Part shown: positions 1 to 10,578 of the stretch, in pieces
Numbering within the stretch: the first letter of the stretch is position 1
Layout of the letters: each line of letters starts with the position of its first letter
Assembly (NCBI GenBank): GCA_965200835.1
Contig: OZ241390.1
Location: forward strand, 2,448,416-2,512,415
Reading direction: 5' to 3'
Source: Acidimicrobiia bacterium
GTDB lineage: Bacteria; Actinomycetota; Acidimicrobiia; Spongiisociales; Spongiisociaceae
Length of the DNA: 64,000 nt
Notes under the pieces: generated by a model
What the model was told of the DNA's origin: nothing
Seen by the model: only the letters and a program-made list of their open reading frames with translations
Database searches by the model: none
Made by a program: the position numbers and the translations under genes

Positions 1-130
1 CATGTTAAAGGGTCCGGACGCGCCCGTTCCGGCGCAGAGGGCGCCGGAACGGGATGTGGCGGACTTGCGATAGGGGGAGGAGGGAGGCAGCGACCCTATC
101 GCTTTGTCCGGCCGCTTGCGGATTGGGCGT

Positions 131-583
131 CTAGGAGCGAGTGGCTTCGATGGCGATGGCCCTCGGGAGCACTTCGGGCCGCTTCTGCAGGACCACCTCC
201 AGGATCCCGTCACGAAGAGTTGCCTGGACGGCTTCGGGGTCGAAGTGCTCGCCGACCCGGATCGACCGGGTGAAGCTGCCGTCGACGATCTCCTGGAGCC
301 GGTAGGCCGCTTCCTCTGGCAGGTCCGCCGAGCGTTCGCCCTTCACGGTGAGGAGATTGTCGTCCAGCGTGACCTCGAGATCCTCCAAGCGGAAGCCTGC
401 CACCTCGTAGCGGACGGTGAGCGCCTCGCCGGTCTCCACGATGTCCACCCTGGGGAGCCAGACCTGGTGGCCGCTCCGTCCATCCCGGAACCCGAACCGG
501 ACTCCACCGGGTCGAGGAAGCGTGTCGAGCAGCGCATCCACATCGTCGACGAATCTGAAGGGTCTGGTACGTATCAGGTGCAT
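131..583 (-). CDS. Hsp20/alpha-crystallin family small heat-shock protein
   Basis: The ORF 131..715 translation contains a full alpha-crystallin domain (GFRLEDLEVTLDDNLLTVKGER... IRVGEHFDPEAVQATLRDGILEVVL). The likely start is the internal M of MHLIRTRPF, which is the canonical sHSP N-terminus, at 583. Confidence 0.8.
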   Translation of the reverse strand: MHLIRTRPFRFVDDVDALLDTLPRPGGVRFGFRDGRSGHQVWLPRVDIVETGEALTVRYEVAGFRLEDLEVTLDDNLLTVKGERSADLPEEAAYRLQEIVDGSFTRSIRVGEHFDPEAVQATLRDGILEVVLQKRPEVLPRAIAIEATRS

Positions 584-822
584 TTCATGCCTTTCTCGGT
601 TGGTCTGCCGTGCCGTGGTGAACTTCCCACCACGTTCGCAGGCAGTCATATAATCTAAGGCCTCTACACTCATATTTATTCCATCTTTCTTGCGCGGTGT
701 GGTTTCTATCACCAATGCGGTCGGACCTGAGGCTTCGGTTCTAATCGGCTTATGGCATCCTCCGATTTCCTAACTGCCTCGGTTGCCGGTGCAGGTAGAA
801 ACTCGCGACATGTGCTAGACAC

Positions 823-1785
823 GTGATGGTGATGAGCCATGAGATGGCAGACGACCGCGATCTGACCCTCGGGATCGATCTGGGCGGGACCAAGATGGCG
901 GTGGCTCAGGTGGATGCCGCCGGGCGGATAGCAGAGTCCGTGTCGATCCCCCGTCCGGCCACCGCGCAGGAGATGGAGACCGTTCCGGTCGATGTAGCCA
1001 GATCGATGCTGACCCCGACTGTGAGGGCGATCGGGATCGGCGCGGCCGGTCTGGTCCGGGCGGACAAAGGCGTACTGGTCTGGGGTCCCAACGTCGAGGG
1101 CCATGAGGTGGCCTTCCGCGAGATATTCGAACGGGACCTGGGCCTGCCCGCGGTGGTGGACAACGATGCGAACCTGGCAGGCCTGGCAGAAGTACGGGCG
1201 GGGGTCGCTTCCGGCTACCGCTATGTCTGCATGATCACCCTCGGTACCGGGATCGGGGGAAGCTGGATGATCGACGGCCGGCCCTACCGCGGAAGGGCAT
1301 TCGCCGGTGAGATAGGTCATATGCCGGTGGATGCGGGCGGACCGCTCTGCACCTGTGGGCAGCGGGGTTGCTGGGAGACGTTCGCCTCGGGCCGGAGGCT
1401 CGATCAGATGGCCCGGGACATCGTTGCTACCCGACCAAACGGCCGGGTAGCCGAGCTGGCCGAAGGTGAGGTTCCCCGCGGTTACCACCTGACCCGAGCA
1501 GCCATGGAGCAGGACCATGACGCGGTCGAGGCCCTCCACGAGATGGCTTGGTGGCTGGGGTTGGGCATCGCCGGGCTGGTGGCTGCTTTCGATCCGGAGG
1601 TGGTGGTGATCGGTGGGGGAGTGGCCAGCGCCGGGGAGCTGTTCGTCGGTCGGCTCAGGACCGCCATGGCCGAGTGTCTGGAGGGATCCGACCACCGGGA
1701 ACCCACTCCGGTGGTGTGTGGTGCCCTGGGGGAGAACGCCGGCGTGATCGGAGCCGGGTTGTATGCCAGGGAGTGCTTGCTGTGA
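823..1785 (+). CDS. ROK-family sugar kinase (glucokinase-like)
   Basis: Has the N-terminal LGIDLGGTK ATP-binding motif and the ROK zinc motif CTCGQRGCWETFASG. 320 aa. Divergent from the Hsp20 gene. Confidence 0.8.
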   Translation: MMVMSHEMADDRDLTLGIDLGGTKMAVAQVDAAGRIAESVSIPRPATAQEMETVPVDVARSMLTPTVRAIGIGAAGLVRADKGVLVWGPNVEGHEVAFREIFERDLGLPAVVDNDANLAGLAEVRAGVASGYRYVCMITLGTGIGGSWMIDGRPYRGRAFAGEIGHMPVDAGGPLCTCGQRGCWETFASGRRLDQMARDIVATRPNGRVAELAEGEVPRGYHLTRAAMEQDHDAVEALHEMAWWLGLGIAGLVAAFDPEVVVIGGGVASAGELFVGRLRTAMAECLEGSDHREPTPVVCGALGENAGVIGAGLYARECLL

Positions 1786-2204
1786 GGCGCGATCTGTTCA
1801 AGAGTGCCCTAACCGGAGGAGAGCGGCGGCGCTACCTTGGGAAGCTGGCGATGGTCCTGCTCAATCTGGGCGCCTTGCTGGTGGGTGTGGCGAGGGATCC
1901 CCGGGTTCCGGTGAGGGCCAAGGTATTCGCCGGTGCGGCGGCCGCCTATGCCATCTCGCCCATCGATCTGGTACCCGACTTCCTTCCGGTGATCGGCAAG
2001 ACCGACGACGTTCTGGTGGTGGCCCTCGCTCTAGATCATCTGATTCGAGAAGCCGGGATGTCGGTGCTCAGGGACCACTGGAAGGGTTCCGAACAGGCTC
2101 TGTCGGCCATCGTCGAAGTGGTTGGCGTGGTGGCAAGCCTGGTGCCTCGGCCGGTTAGGGTCGCGCTCGATCACTACCTGAGGGCGGGCCGGAACCGCGG
2201 TTAG
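1782..2204 (+). CDS. DUF1232/YkvA-like small membrane protein
   Basis: Translation YAISPIDLVPDFLPVIGKTDDVLVVALALDHL matches the DUF1232 signature. A GTG at 1782 overlaps the upstream stop (GTGA), so the start is uncertain. Confidence 0.5.
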   Translation: MRRDLFKSALTGGERRRYLGKLAMVLLNLGALLVGVARDPRVPVRAKVFAGAAAAYAISPIDLVPDFLPVIGKTDDVLVVALALDHLIREAGMSVLRDHWKGSEQALSAIVEVVGVVASLVPRPVRVALDHYLRAGRNRG

Positions 2205-2347
2205 ATCCACCCGAAAGCCCACCTTCGTTGGCCCGTTCCCACATGCGGAACGAATGTTACAGCTATCGGGGTTAGATCAAGCATGGGAGCACCCACTTCG
2301 CGTAAGCTGAGGGTCAGTTCCCGCTACGGCCTGGAGAGGGCGACAGC

Positions 2348-3964
2348 ATGAATTACCGGCTTGACACTCTGCGTGGTGACCTGTTCGGGGGCATAACGTC
2401 GGCTGTGGTGGGGCTGCCGGTTGCGCTGGCGTTTGGGGTGGTGTCCGGTCTGGGTGCGCTCGCCGGCCTGTACGGAGCTATCGCGGTGGGGTTCTTCGCG
2501 GCCGTCTTTGGAGGGACGAAATCCCAGATTTCAGGGCCTACCGGACCCCAGGCTGTGGCGATAGCCGTCATCGTCACCAGCTATGCCAACAATCTCGCCG
2601 AGGCGTTGACCGTCGTGTTCCTGTCGGGCCTCATCCAGATACTGCTGGGTGTGGTGCGACTCGGACGATTCGTTGCCTATACGCCGCATGTGGTGGTCTC
2701 GGGGTTCATGTCTGGCATCGGCTTGATCGTCATCCTGCTGCAGATCCCCCCTTTCTTCGGTTTGCCGATTGCCGAAGGAGGTCCGATCGGGGCCATCCAG
2801 TCAGTACCGACTGTGATCAGCGGGCTGGATCCGGCTGCCCTCCTGATCGCCTCGGTCACGCTGGCCGTCGGCGTGTTCTGGCCCAAGAAGCTTCGCAAGG
2901 TCCTACCGCCCACCCTGGCCGCGCTAGCAATAGGGACCTTGATGGGGGTGCTGTGGTTGAAGGGAACACCCGTCATAGGCCACATCCCCACCGGGTTGCC
3001 GCAGTTGCATCTTCCGCCGTTCTCCCTCGACCTGCTCGTACGGATGCTGCAACCGGCCGTCACTCTGGCCCTTCTCGGCTCGATAGACAGTTTACTCACG
3101 TCGCTGGTAGCCGATTCGATGACCCGAACCCGTCACAACGCCGACCGTGAGTTGGTGGGTCAGGGGATCGGTAACGTGGCTACCTCGCTGATCGGTGGGA
3201 TGTCAGGAGCGGGCGCTACTCCGGGAACCGTGGTGAACCTGCGGGCCGGCGGGACCACCCGGGTATCCGGAGTGATACGGGCAGCGGTCCTGACGGCAAT
3301 AGCGATGGGTTTGGGAGGCTATGTAGAGGCCATCCCGCATGCGGTACTGGCCGGGATTCTGCTCAAGGTGGGGTGGGACATCATCGACTGGCGGTTCCTG
3401 ACCCGTATCAGGCAGTTGCAGCGGGACCAGGTGGTGGTGGTGATCCTTACCCTGGTGATGACGGTCTTTCTCGATCTGGTGACCGCGGTCGTTCTGGGTC
3501 TGATCGTGGCGGGCATGGTGGCCGCCCGAAATTTCGAGCGCTTGGAGCTCGACAGCGTGATTTCGGTGCCGATCCTGGACAGGGCCTTCCTCGATCCTTC
3601 ATCAGCGATCGACGACTTCACCGCGCGGGTGGGCCTCGTTGCCCTCAGGGGAACCTTTACGGTCGCTTCGGCTAGCAAGCTCATAACGACCATCAGCGTC
3701 GATATCCAGGATCACGAGGTAGTGATCCTGGACTTCTCAGAGACTACTTACATCGACGCGAGTGCCGCGTTAGTGGTGGAACAGATGATCGAATCGGCAG
3801 CCGATGACGACACCGCCGTCGTCGTGCAGGGATTGAGTGGCGAGCCGGCGGACTTCATCGACTCCCTGAACATCCTCCGTACCATCCCGCCCGAGCGGAT
3901 CGTCGACACCGTGGAAGAGGCACGCGAGCAGGTTAAGCGGATCCTGGAACCTCAGGACGCCTGA
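2348..3964 (+). CDS. SulP-family inorganic anion transporter with C-terminal STAS domain
   Basis: 538 aa, many transmembrane segments (GLPVALAFGVVSGL...). The C-terminal region has a STAS-like anti-sigma-antagonist fold. Confidence 0.85.
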   Translation: MNYRLDTLRGDLFGGITSAVVGLPVALAFGVVSGLGALAGLYGAIAVGFFAAVFGGTKSQISGPTGPQAVAIAVIVTSYANNLAEALTVVFLSGLIQILLGVVRLGRFVAYTPHVVVSGFMSGIGLIVILLQIPPFFGLPIAEGGPIGAIQSVPTVISGLDPAALLIASVTLAVGVFWPKKLRKVLPPTLAALAIGTLMGVLWLKGTPVIGHIPTGLPQLHLPPFSLDLLVRMLQPAVTLALLGSIDSLLTSLVADSMTRTRHNADRELVGQGIGNVATSLIGGMSGAGATPGTVVNLRAGGTTRVSGVIRAAVLTAIAMGLGGYVEAIPHAVLAGILLKVGWDIIDWRFLTRIRQLQRDQVVVVILTLVMTVFLDLVTAVVLGLIVAGMVAARNFERLELDSVISVPILDRAFLDPSSAIDDFTARVGLVALRGTFTVASASKLITTISVDIQDHEVVILDFSETTYIDASAALVVEQMIESAADDDTAVVVQGLSGEPADFIDSLNILRTIPPERIVDTVEEAREQVKRILEPQDA

Positions 3965-4000
3965 TCCTCCCCGCCCGGTTGGCGAACCCTTGAGAGTGGG

Positions 4001-5233
4001 TTGCGGGTGACCCGCGGCCATGTCAGTCTCTTCAGGTCTTTGCGGGAACCCAACGTGCGGATCTTCCTGACCGGCTTGGGGGTGTCCGGGGCGGGGATGT
4101 GGGCCGAAGCGACCGCGGTGGTCCTGCTGGCGCGCCATTTGGGCGGCCACGCGGTCGAGGTCGGGATAGCCGTCGCCTGCCATTTCCTACCCATGATGCT
4201 GCTGGGTATGTACGCCGGGGCGGTGGCTGACCGAGCTGACCGCCAACGATTCACCATCCGTCTCTATGTCGCTTTGGGAGGTGCGGTCGCCGTGCTCGGC
4301 CTGCTGGATCTTGCCAACCTCGAGACTCTCCGGTTGCTCTGCCTGATGGCGCTCGTATCGGGCACCCTTCGGGCGTTCGGAATACCGGCTCGGCGGACCC
4401 TGGCGACCGAGCTGGTCCCAGCAGACCACCTTGCCAACATAACCTCTCTCACTACGTCGGTGATCACCGGATCCAGGATCGTCGGGCCCTTCCTGGCTGC
4501 GCTGGCAGCCAATCGGCTCGGTACGGGGTGGGTGTTCCTGGCGATCGGAGGTTGCTATCTCGTCTTCGCTCTGTCCGTAGCCCGGTTGGACGCCAGCCGC
4601 TTCCACCGCATTCGCTCGGAAGGTCACTCCTCGACGCCCATCCGTGACGTGATCACGACAATCTGGGATCACCCGACCCTTCGGATCGTGGTGGTCCTGT
4701 TCGGTCTGGTGTCGGTCTTCGCTCTGAACTTTCTCGTGGCGCTTCCGCTACTCGTGATGGATCGTTTCCTGGAGGATGAGGAGACATTCGGGCTGCTGCT
4801 GTCGGTACTGAGCGTGGGCAACCTGCTCGGTGGCCTCCTGACAGCTCGATTGAGGGTGGTCTCGGTCTCCTGGTCGTTCGGTACGGCGGCCGCCATCGCC
4901 CTGTCTCTGGCCCTGGTGGCTACCGCACCCACCACGCTGCTGGCGTTCGTGTTCGCGCTGCCTCTCGGGGCAGCTTCGGCCGCCTTCTTCAACGCTTGCA
5001 CCCTCGTCCTCCAGCAGGGAACCGGCGCCGGTATGCGGGGCCGGGTTATGGCCCTGATGACCGTGATGCTGTTCGGAGGGAGGCCGGTTGGCGGGCCGGT
5101 GACCGGATTCGTCGGGCAGGTTGCCGGGGCCGTGTGGGCGAACCTCTACGGTGCCCTGGTGGTAGCGGGTGCTCTGGTCGTGGCCATGCTGCTTCACCGA
5201 CGGGTGGCTCGGCCCCAAGAGGTCCTCGAGTAA
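4001..5233 (+). CDS. MFS transporter
   Basis: 410 aa, 12-TM-like hydrophobic profile with MFS-like loop motifs. Start codon uncertain. Confidence 0.7.
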   Translation: MRVTRGHVSLFRSLREPNVRIFLTGLGVSGAGMWAEATAVVLLARHLGGHAVEVGIAVACHFLPMMLLGMYAGAVADRADRQRFTIRLYVALGGAVAVLGLLDLANLETLRLLCLMALVSGTLRAFGIPARRTLATELVPADHLANITSLTTSVITGSRIVGPFLAALAANRLGTGWVFLAIGGCYLVFALSVARLDASRFHRIRSEGHSSTPIRDVITTIWDHPTLRIVVVLFGLVSVFALNFLVALPLLVMDRFLEDEETFGLLLSVLSVGNLLGGLLTARLRVVSVSWSFGTAAAIALSLALVATAPTTLLAFVFALPLGAASAAFFNACTLVLQQGTGAGMRGRVMALMTVMLFGGRPVGGPVTGFVGQVAGAVWANLYGALVVAGALVVAMLLHRRVARPQEVLE

Positions 5234-5262
5234 CGGTCGGGCAGGTCTGCAGGTCTGACACT

Positions 5263-6198
5263 GTGGTGAGATACGCGATTCTATTCCCGGGACAGGGGAG
5301 CCAGCGGGTCGGCATGGGCGCCGAACTGTTCGACTCCCATCCGGAGTTGCTGGTCGAAGTGGCCGATCGGGTGCTGGGCTGGTCGCTGCGCGACACCTGC
5401 CTCGAAGGACCGGAAGATCTGCTGAAAGCCACGGACCGGGCCCAGCCGGCCCTCTATTGCCTGGCCGCAGTCCTCTGGCGGGAGCTGGACGACCGGGTGG
5501 AGATACCTCCGATCGGGGCCGCCGGGCATTCGCTTGGCGAATACACCGCGCTGGCCGCCGCCGGGGCATTCTCGTTCGAGGAAGGTCTGCGGTTGGTGGC
5601 CGCCCGGGCCGAGGCTATGGCCGGGGCGGTGCGCCGCGCCTCCTCCGGCATGGCCGCCCTTCTGGGGGCCACCGGTGAGCGGGCTGAGGAAGTGGCGCAG
5701 GCGCGCCGGGCCGAGGGAGGGAAGCTATGGGTAGCCAACCTGAATGCTCCCGGCCAGGTGGTCGTGTCCGGCGCGTCCGCAGACATCGACTGGCTGGTCC
5801 AGAACGCCCGCCGGCTCCGCCTGAGGAGGGTGATAAGGCTCGAGGTGGCCGGAGCCTTCCACTCACCACTCATGGCTTCCGCGGTTCCTGCCCTGCGTGA
5901 AGCCCTCCGCGAGGCCACCTTTAGGAATCACACCTTCCCGATCTGGGCGAACGCGACCGGCGCTCCCTTGGAACCGAACGAAGAGCGCCGGCTGCTGGCT
6001 CGCCAGCTGGTGTCACCGGTTCGGTTCGATGCATCCTTGCGTTCCATGCACGAAGCCGGAGTGGAAGCCTTCGTTCACGTGGGACCGGGAGATGTCACGG
6101 CCGGCCTCGCCCGGCGGGCAGTGCGGGGATGCCGGGTCATGGTGGTCAACACTCTCGAGCAGGCTCATCGGGTTGCCTCCGTGCTCAGCGGCCATTGA
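5263..6198 (+). CDS. fabD: malonyl-CoA:ACP transacylase
   Basis: FPGQGSQRVGMG and GHSLGEYTALAAAG active-site motifs. GTG start in frame at 5263. Confidence 0.9.
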   Translation: MVRYAILFPGQGSQRVGMGAELFDSHPELLVEVADRVLGWSLRDTCLEGPEDLLKATDRAQPALYCLAAVLWRELDDRVEIPPIGAAGHSLGEYTALAAAGAFSFEEGLRLVAARAEAMAGAVRRASSGMAALLGATGERAEEVAQARRAEGGKLWVANLNAPGQVVVSGASADIDWLVQNARRLRLRRVIRLEVAGAFHSPLMASAVPALREALREATFRNHTFPIWANATGAPLEPNEERRLLARQLVSPVRFDASLRSMHEAGVEAFVHVGPGDVTAGLARRAVRGCRVMVVNTLEQAHRVASVLSGH

Positions 6199-6271
6199 TA
6201 GGGAGATGCAAGAGCCTGGTACTACAATCGGCCACCCGGACGGGGAGTTTCCACATGGAGGACACGACGCG

Positions 6272-7351
6272 GTGACGCGCTACGCGGAGATTACAGGATG
6301 GGGGAAGGCGCTCCCGCCCGCTGTACTGACCAACGCCGACCTGGAGTCGATCGTCGAGACCAGCGACAGCTGGATAACCAGCCGGAGTGGTATCAAAGAA
6401 CGCAGGATCTCACACCTGGACGCCGCGGAGATGGCCGAGCTGGCGGGCAAGAGAGCCCTGGCCGCCGCAGGTGTGGATGCGCGGGCGGTCGATCTGGTCA
6501 TCAATGCCACCTGCACACCCGCCTCCATAATCCCTGCCTCCGCTTCTTACGTGCAGGACAAGATCGGTGCCGTCAACGCCGGCGCCATGGATCTCAATGC
6601 CAACTGCTCGGGGTTCGTCTACGGATATGTGACCGCCGACTCCCTAGTTAGGTCGGGAACGGTCGACACGGTGCTTCTAGTGGGGGTGGAGCGGCTCAGC
6701 CGGGTGATGGACTACACCGATCGCACCACCTGCATCCTGTTCGGGGACGGCGCGGGTGCCGTGCTCATCCAACCGTCCGACCGGGAGACCGGGGTTATGG
6801 GTTCCGTGCTGGGAGTGGATGGTTCGATGGCCGACATCCTCTGCGTTCCCAACGATGGCACTATCGAGCCTGGTTCGGCAGGTCCCGAGACCCGCCTGGT
6901 CATGGAAGGATCGGACGTGTTCCGCCGGGCGGTGACCGCCATGGCCGACGCCTCCGAATCGGTGGTCCGCCAGGCCGGATGGCAGCTGGACGAGATCGAC
7001 CTGCTGGTGCCGCACCAGGCCAACCAGCGGATCATCGACGCCACTGCCCGCCGCCTCAAGCTCGATCACTCGAGGGTGTTCGTCAACATCCATGCCTATG
7101 GCAACACCAGCGCGGCCACCATCCCCATCGCACTGACGGAGGCGATCGAAGCCGATCGGGTTCCGTCGGGCGCCAACCTGGTGTTCGCGGCGTTCGGGGG
7201 CGGCCTGACCTGGGCGGCGGCCGCGGTGAAGTTCGGCGAGCGGGTGGCTCCCATGTCGGTTATCGAGGAGGAGCTACCGGCCTCGGACCGCTCGGTATGG
7301 GAACTGCTCCAACCCAACTTCGACTACTACGGACGGCTGGAGCTGGTATGA
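6272..7351 (+). CDS. fabH: 3-oxoacyl-ACP synthase III (KAS III)
   Basis: RYAEITGWG...NCSGFVYG...ILFGDGAGAVL...HQAN...AYGNTSAA motifs. GTG start 6272 lies 9-14 nt after a GGAGGA. There is a C-terminal extension of about 35 aa. The stop overlaps the fabG start (ATGA). Confidence 0.85.
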   Translation: MTRYAEITGWGKALPPAVLTNADLESIVETSDSWITSRSGIKERRISHLDAAEMAELAGKRALAAAGVDARAVDLVINATCTPASIIPASASYVQDKIGAVNAGAMDLNANCSGFVYGYVTADSLVRSGTVDTVLLVGVERLSRVMDYTDRTTCILFGDGAGAVLIQPSDRETGVMGSVLGVDGSMADILCVPNDGTIEPGSAGPETRLVMEGSDVFRRAVTAMADASESVVRQAGWQLDEIDLLVPHQANQRIIDATARRLKLDHSRVFVNIHAYGNTSAATIPIALTEAIEADRVPSGANLVFAAFGGGLTWAAAAVKFGERVAPMSVIEEELPASDRSVWELLQPNFDYYGRLELV

Positions 7352-8082
7352 GCAGGATTGCTCTGGTGACGGGGGGCTCCCGCGGGATAGGCCGCGCCAT
7401 CTCGCTGAAGCTCGCGGCGCGCGGGCATCCCGTGGCGGTCAACTACGTTGCCCGACCGGACGCAGCCGACGAGGTCGTGGAGGCGATTCTCGCTGATGGC
7501 GGAACTGCCGCCGCCTTCAAGGCGGATGTCAGCCGTGGCGCGGAGGTCAAGCGGCTGTTCTCCCAGGTGGAGGACAGGTTCGGCCGTCCCTCGATCCTGG
7601 TGAACAACGCGGGCACTACCGCCGACGGATTGCTGGCCCGCCTGAAGGAAGATGCCTGGGATCGGGTCATGGAAATAAACCTCAAGTCCGTCTACCTCTG
7701 CAGCAAGGCAGTGCTGCGGGGGATGCTGAGGGCCCGATGGGGGCGGATCATCTCGCTCGGTTCGGTATCCGGCATGTACGGAAACCCGGGCCAGACCAAC
7801 TACGCGGCCGCCAAGGCGGGAATCATCGCCTTCTCCAAGTCTCTCTCCAAAGAGGTCGGCCCCCGGGGCATAACGGTCAACGTGGTAGCACCGGGGTTCA
7901 TCGAGACCGACCTCACCGCCCGACTGGGGCCCCGGATGATCGAGCAAGTACGCTCCTCCTCCAGCCTCCGCCGGACCGGCCGGCCCGAGGAGGTGGCCTC
8001 GGCGGTCGGTTTCCTGGCCTCGGATGAAGCTTCATACATAACAGGACAAGTTCTGGTCGTCGACGGCGGCCTTGCCCTGTAG
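7348..8082 (+). CDS. fabG: 3-oxoacyl-ACP reductase (SDR)
   Basis: TGGSRGIGRA Rossmann motif, NAG motif and YAAAK catalytic motif. 244 aa. Confidence 0.9.
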   Translation: MSRIALVTGGSRGIGRAISLKLAARGHPVAVNYVARPDAADEVVEAILADGGTAAAFKADVSRGAEVKRLFSQVEDRFGRPSILVNNAGTTADGLLARLKEDAWDRVMEINLKSVYLCSKAVLRGMLRARWGRIISLGSVSGMYGNPGQTNYAAAKAGIIAFSKSLSKEVGPRGITVNVVAPGFIETDLTARLGPRMIEQVRSSSSLRRTGRPEEVASAVGFLASDEASYITGQVLVVDGGLAL

Positions 8083-8123
8083 GACAGACCGTCGAAGACA
8101 ATCACAGCAAGGGAGACGTCAAC

Positions 8124-8363
8124 ATGGATCGATCGCAAGTCCAGTCGAAGATGCGGGATCTGCTCGTGGAGGAACTCGGTCTGGACGCCTCCAAGATCGC
8201 AGACGGATCCACTTTCGAGGAAGATCTCGAAGTGGACTCGCTCGGGGTCGTGGAGCTGATAATGGCGCTCGAGGATGAGTTCGACGTTGCCATTCCCGAC
8301 GAGGAGGCCGAGAGCATCACCACGGTCGGCGAAGCGGTCGATCTGGTAATAGCCAAGCTCTAG
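8124..8363 (+). CDS. acpP: acyl carrier protein
   Basis: 79 aa with the LEVDSLGVVELIMALE motif carrying the phosphopantetheine-attachment Ser. Confidence 0.9.
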   Translation: MDRSQVQSKMRDLLVEELGLDASKIADGSTFEEDLEVDSLGVVELIMALEDEFDVAIPDEEAESITTVGEAVDLVIAKL

Positions 8364-8389
8364 CCGCACCGCTCCCCGAGGAGAGTCGC

Positions 8390-9646
8390 ATGCTTCAAGA
8401 GGCTCGGAGGGTGGTGGTGACCGGCCTGGGCGCTATCACACCCCTCGGTCATACGGTTGCCGAGACCTGGCAGGCCGCGATGGCCGGCCGTTCGGGTATC
8501 GGACCCATCACCCAGTTCGACCCCTCCGCCATCCAGACCCACTTTGCGGGGGAGGTCCGGGACTGGGATCCGGAGTCGGTGATCATCAAGCGGGAGGCCC
8601 GGCGCCTCGACCGGTCCGCTCAGCTGTTCATCGGCGCCTCCCAGGAAGCGATGGACGATGCAGGTCTCGACTTCGTGGCGGATGACACCGACGCCGATCG
8701 AGCTGGGGTGATCGTCGGGTCGGGCTTGGGTGGAATGCTCTCGTTCGACAAGCAGCTGAAGGTGATGATTAGGCGGGGAGCAAGCCGGATAAGCCCGCTG
8801 GCGGTGACCATGATCATCCCGAATGAGGCCGCCGGGGTGGCGTCCATCCGTTTCAACATGCGGGGGCCGGTTACGTGTGCGGTGACCGCCTGTGCAGCAT
8901 CGGCCAACGCCATCGGGGACGCGGCCGAGATAATCCGTCGCGGGGCGGCGGAGGTGATGCTGGCGGGTGGTACCGAGGCGACCATCTGCCAGTTCGGTAT
9001 CGGGTCGTTCAACAAGAGCCGCGCTCTCAGCACTCGCAATGAGGATCCGCCGGGCGCTTCCCGGCCGTTCGATCTGGACCGGGATGGGTTCGTGATGTCC
9101 GAGGGGGCTGCTTGCCTGGTGCTCGAGTCCTACGAGCGGGCCATCGGGCGCGGTGCTCGCATATACGGTGAGGTGGTCGGATACGGGATGACCTCGGATG
9201 CATATCACGTGACCCTTCCTAAGCCTGGGGGCCGAGGCCCGGCCAAGGCGATGCAGGCTGCCCTGGAACACGCCGGTCTGAGGCCCGAACAGCTGGATTA
9301 CATAAACGCCCATGGCACGTCTACCAAGGCCAATGACGTTACCGAGACGCGGGCCATCAAGTTGGCATTGGGGGAGAAGGCGGCCCGGGCGGTGCCTGTT
9401 TCGTCCACCAAGTCGATGAGCGGGCACCTGATGGGTGGGGCCGGGGCGATCGAGTCCATCTTCTGCCTCATGGCTATGAATTCCGGGGTGATCCCTCCCA
9501 CCATCAACTACCAGACCCCGGATCCTGAGTGCGATCTCGACTACGTACCCAACGAGGCGCGGGAGGCGCAGGTCAGCTACGCCATGACCAACTCATTCGG
9601 GTTCGGAGGCCACAACGTAGCCCTGATCTTCGGCCCCGGAAGCTAG
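8390..9646 (+). CDS. fabF: 3-oxoacyl-ACP synthase II (KAS II)
   Basis: 418 aa. Cys-His-His thiolase-fold motifs (TACAASANAIGDA, NAHGTST, NSFGFGGHNVALIF). Confidence 0.9.
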   Translation: MLQEARRVVVTGLGAITPLGHTVAETWQAAMAGRSGIGPITQFDPSAIQTHFAGEVRDWDPESVIIKREARRLDRSAQLFIGASQEAMDDAGLDFVADDTDADRAGVIVGSGLGGMLSFDKQLKVMIRRGASRISPLAVTMIIPNEAAGVASIRFNMRGPVTCAVTACAASANAIGDAAEIIRRGAAEVMLAGGTEATICQFGIGSFNKSRALSTRNEDPPGASRPFDLDRDGFVMSEGAACLVLESYERAIGRGARIYGEVVGYGMTSDAYHVTLPKPGGRGPAKAMQAALEHAGLRPEQLDYINAHGTSTKANDVTETRAIKLALGEKAARAVPVSSTKSMSGHLMGGAGAIESIFCLMAMNSGVIPPTINYQTPDPECDLDYVPNEAREAQVSYAMTNSFGFGGHNVALIFGPGS

Positions 9647-9835
9647 GGAAGCCAGGGGCAGTCCGTACGGAGCAGATTGGAAGGCCTGTGGCCGGTCCAA
9701 CTCCCGCATCGGAAGGTATGACTAGATGATGGTGTCCGACGTCATCCTTTCTTCATCGTGCCTCGCAGCGGTTCAACGGAACGTAGTGGACTAATACGAC
9801 CCGGTATTGATCTGGTTCAGCATGACCGCCGAGTG

Positions 9836-10099
9836 ATGGGAGTGTCGGGAGTGGAACGCAAACCTCAAATAATCGGGCCCGATGGCAAGCCTGTGGGCGT
9901 TACGGAGGTAGGATTTCGCGCTACGGGAGAATATTGGAACGAAAACCTGCTGGACGACGGTACAGTTGCTCGCTTGAAGCTGGTTGCAACACATTTCTAC
10001 CGACTTGAAGGAGAGAAGGATCCGAAGGGCCAGCCTGCCTACCTGATTGAGTCAAGCAACGTTGTGGCCATCTCGGCCAGTGTAGAGGGCGGTGCGTGA
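9836..10099 (+). CDS. hypothetical protein (first gene of TA-like islet)
   Basis: ORF 9758..10099. It lies in the low-GC patch and its stop overlaps the next ORF start (coupled). No recognisable domain and the start is uncertain. Confidence 0.3.
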   Translation: MGVSGVERKPQIIGPDGKPVGVTEVGFRATGEYWNENLLDDGTVARLKLVATHFYRLEGEKDPKGQPAYLIESSNVVAISASVEGGA

Positions 10100-10578
10100 T
10101 GGTGATGATGTTGTCTGAGCGCAAGTCTGAGATCACCCGGATGCCATTAAGGCGGCCGATGCTCAAGTCCGATGTGGAGAAGGAGATACTCCAAAGCCGA
10201 AGCGATGATCGGCAAGAATATTGGCCAACCGACACGGACTATGACCGACTGTTGTCGACTAACCCGGCCGGGGAAGAGGATACAGTTCCCGTTGTAGAGA
10301 CGGAGTCCGACGGTCATTCTGATTCTGCAATCGACCGGCTAGTTGTCTTATGGGCTGAAATCGTAGTCTCCCATGCGGTTGTTCGCGACATCGATGATCC
10401 ATCCGGATACACGGCTACAGTCGCAGGAGTAGAGGGTGCCTGGGCCTTCGGTGTATCTGAGGAAGAAGCACTTTACGAATTAAGGTCCGTACTGATCGGC
10501 TGGGCTTGCCTCAGGCTCGAGGACGGAGACGACGACATTCCCAGTATGGAGGGCCTTCATCTCGTCGCCAACCAATGA
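10096..10578 (+). CDS. HicB-like (UPF0150) antitoxin-family protein
   Basis: The C-terminal 60 aa (TATVAGVEGAWAFGVSEEEALYELRSVLIGWACLRLEDGDDDIPSMEG) matches the HicB/UPF0150 fold. The stop overlaps the start of the next small ORF (ATGA). Confidence 0.5.
   Translation: MMVMMLSERKSEITRMPLRRPMLKSDVEKEILQSRSDDRQEYWPTDTDYDRLLSTNPAGEEDTVPVVETESDGHSDSAIDRLVVLWAEIVVSHAVVRDIDDPSGYTATVAGVEGAWAFGVSEEEALYELRSVLIGWACLRLEDGDDDIPSMEGLHLVANQ

Noticed and set aside
104-658. 184-aa plus-strand ORF
   Set aside because: It is fully antisense to the well-supported Hsp20 gene. Its translation is Arg/Gly/Pro-rich, which is typical of a high-GC shadow ORF.
709-1695. 328-aa minus-strand ORF
   Set aside because: It is antisense to the ROK kinase gene. 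It has no domain signal and a low-complexity translation.
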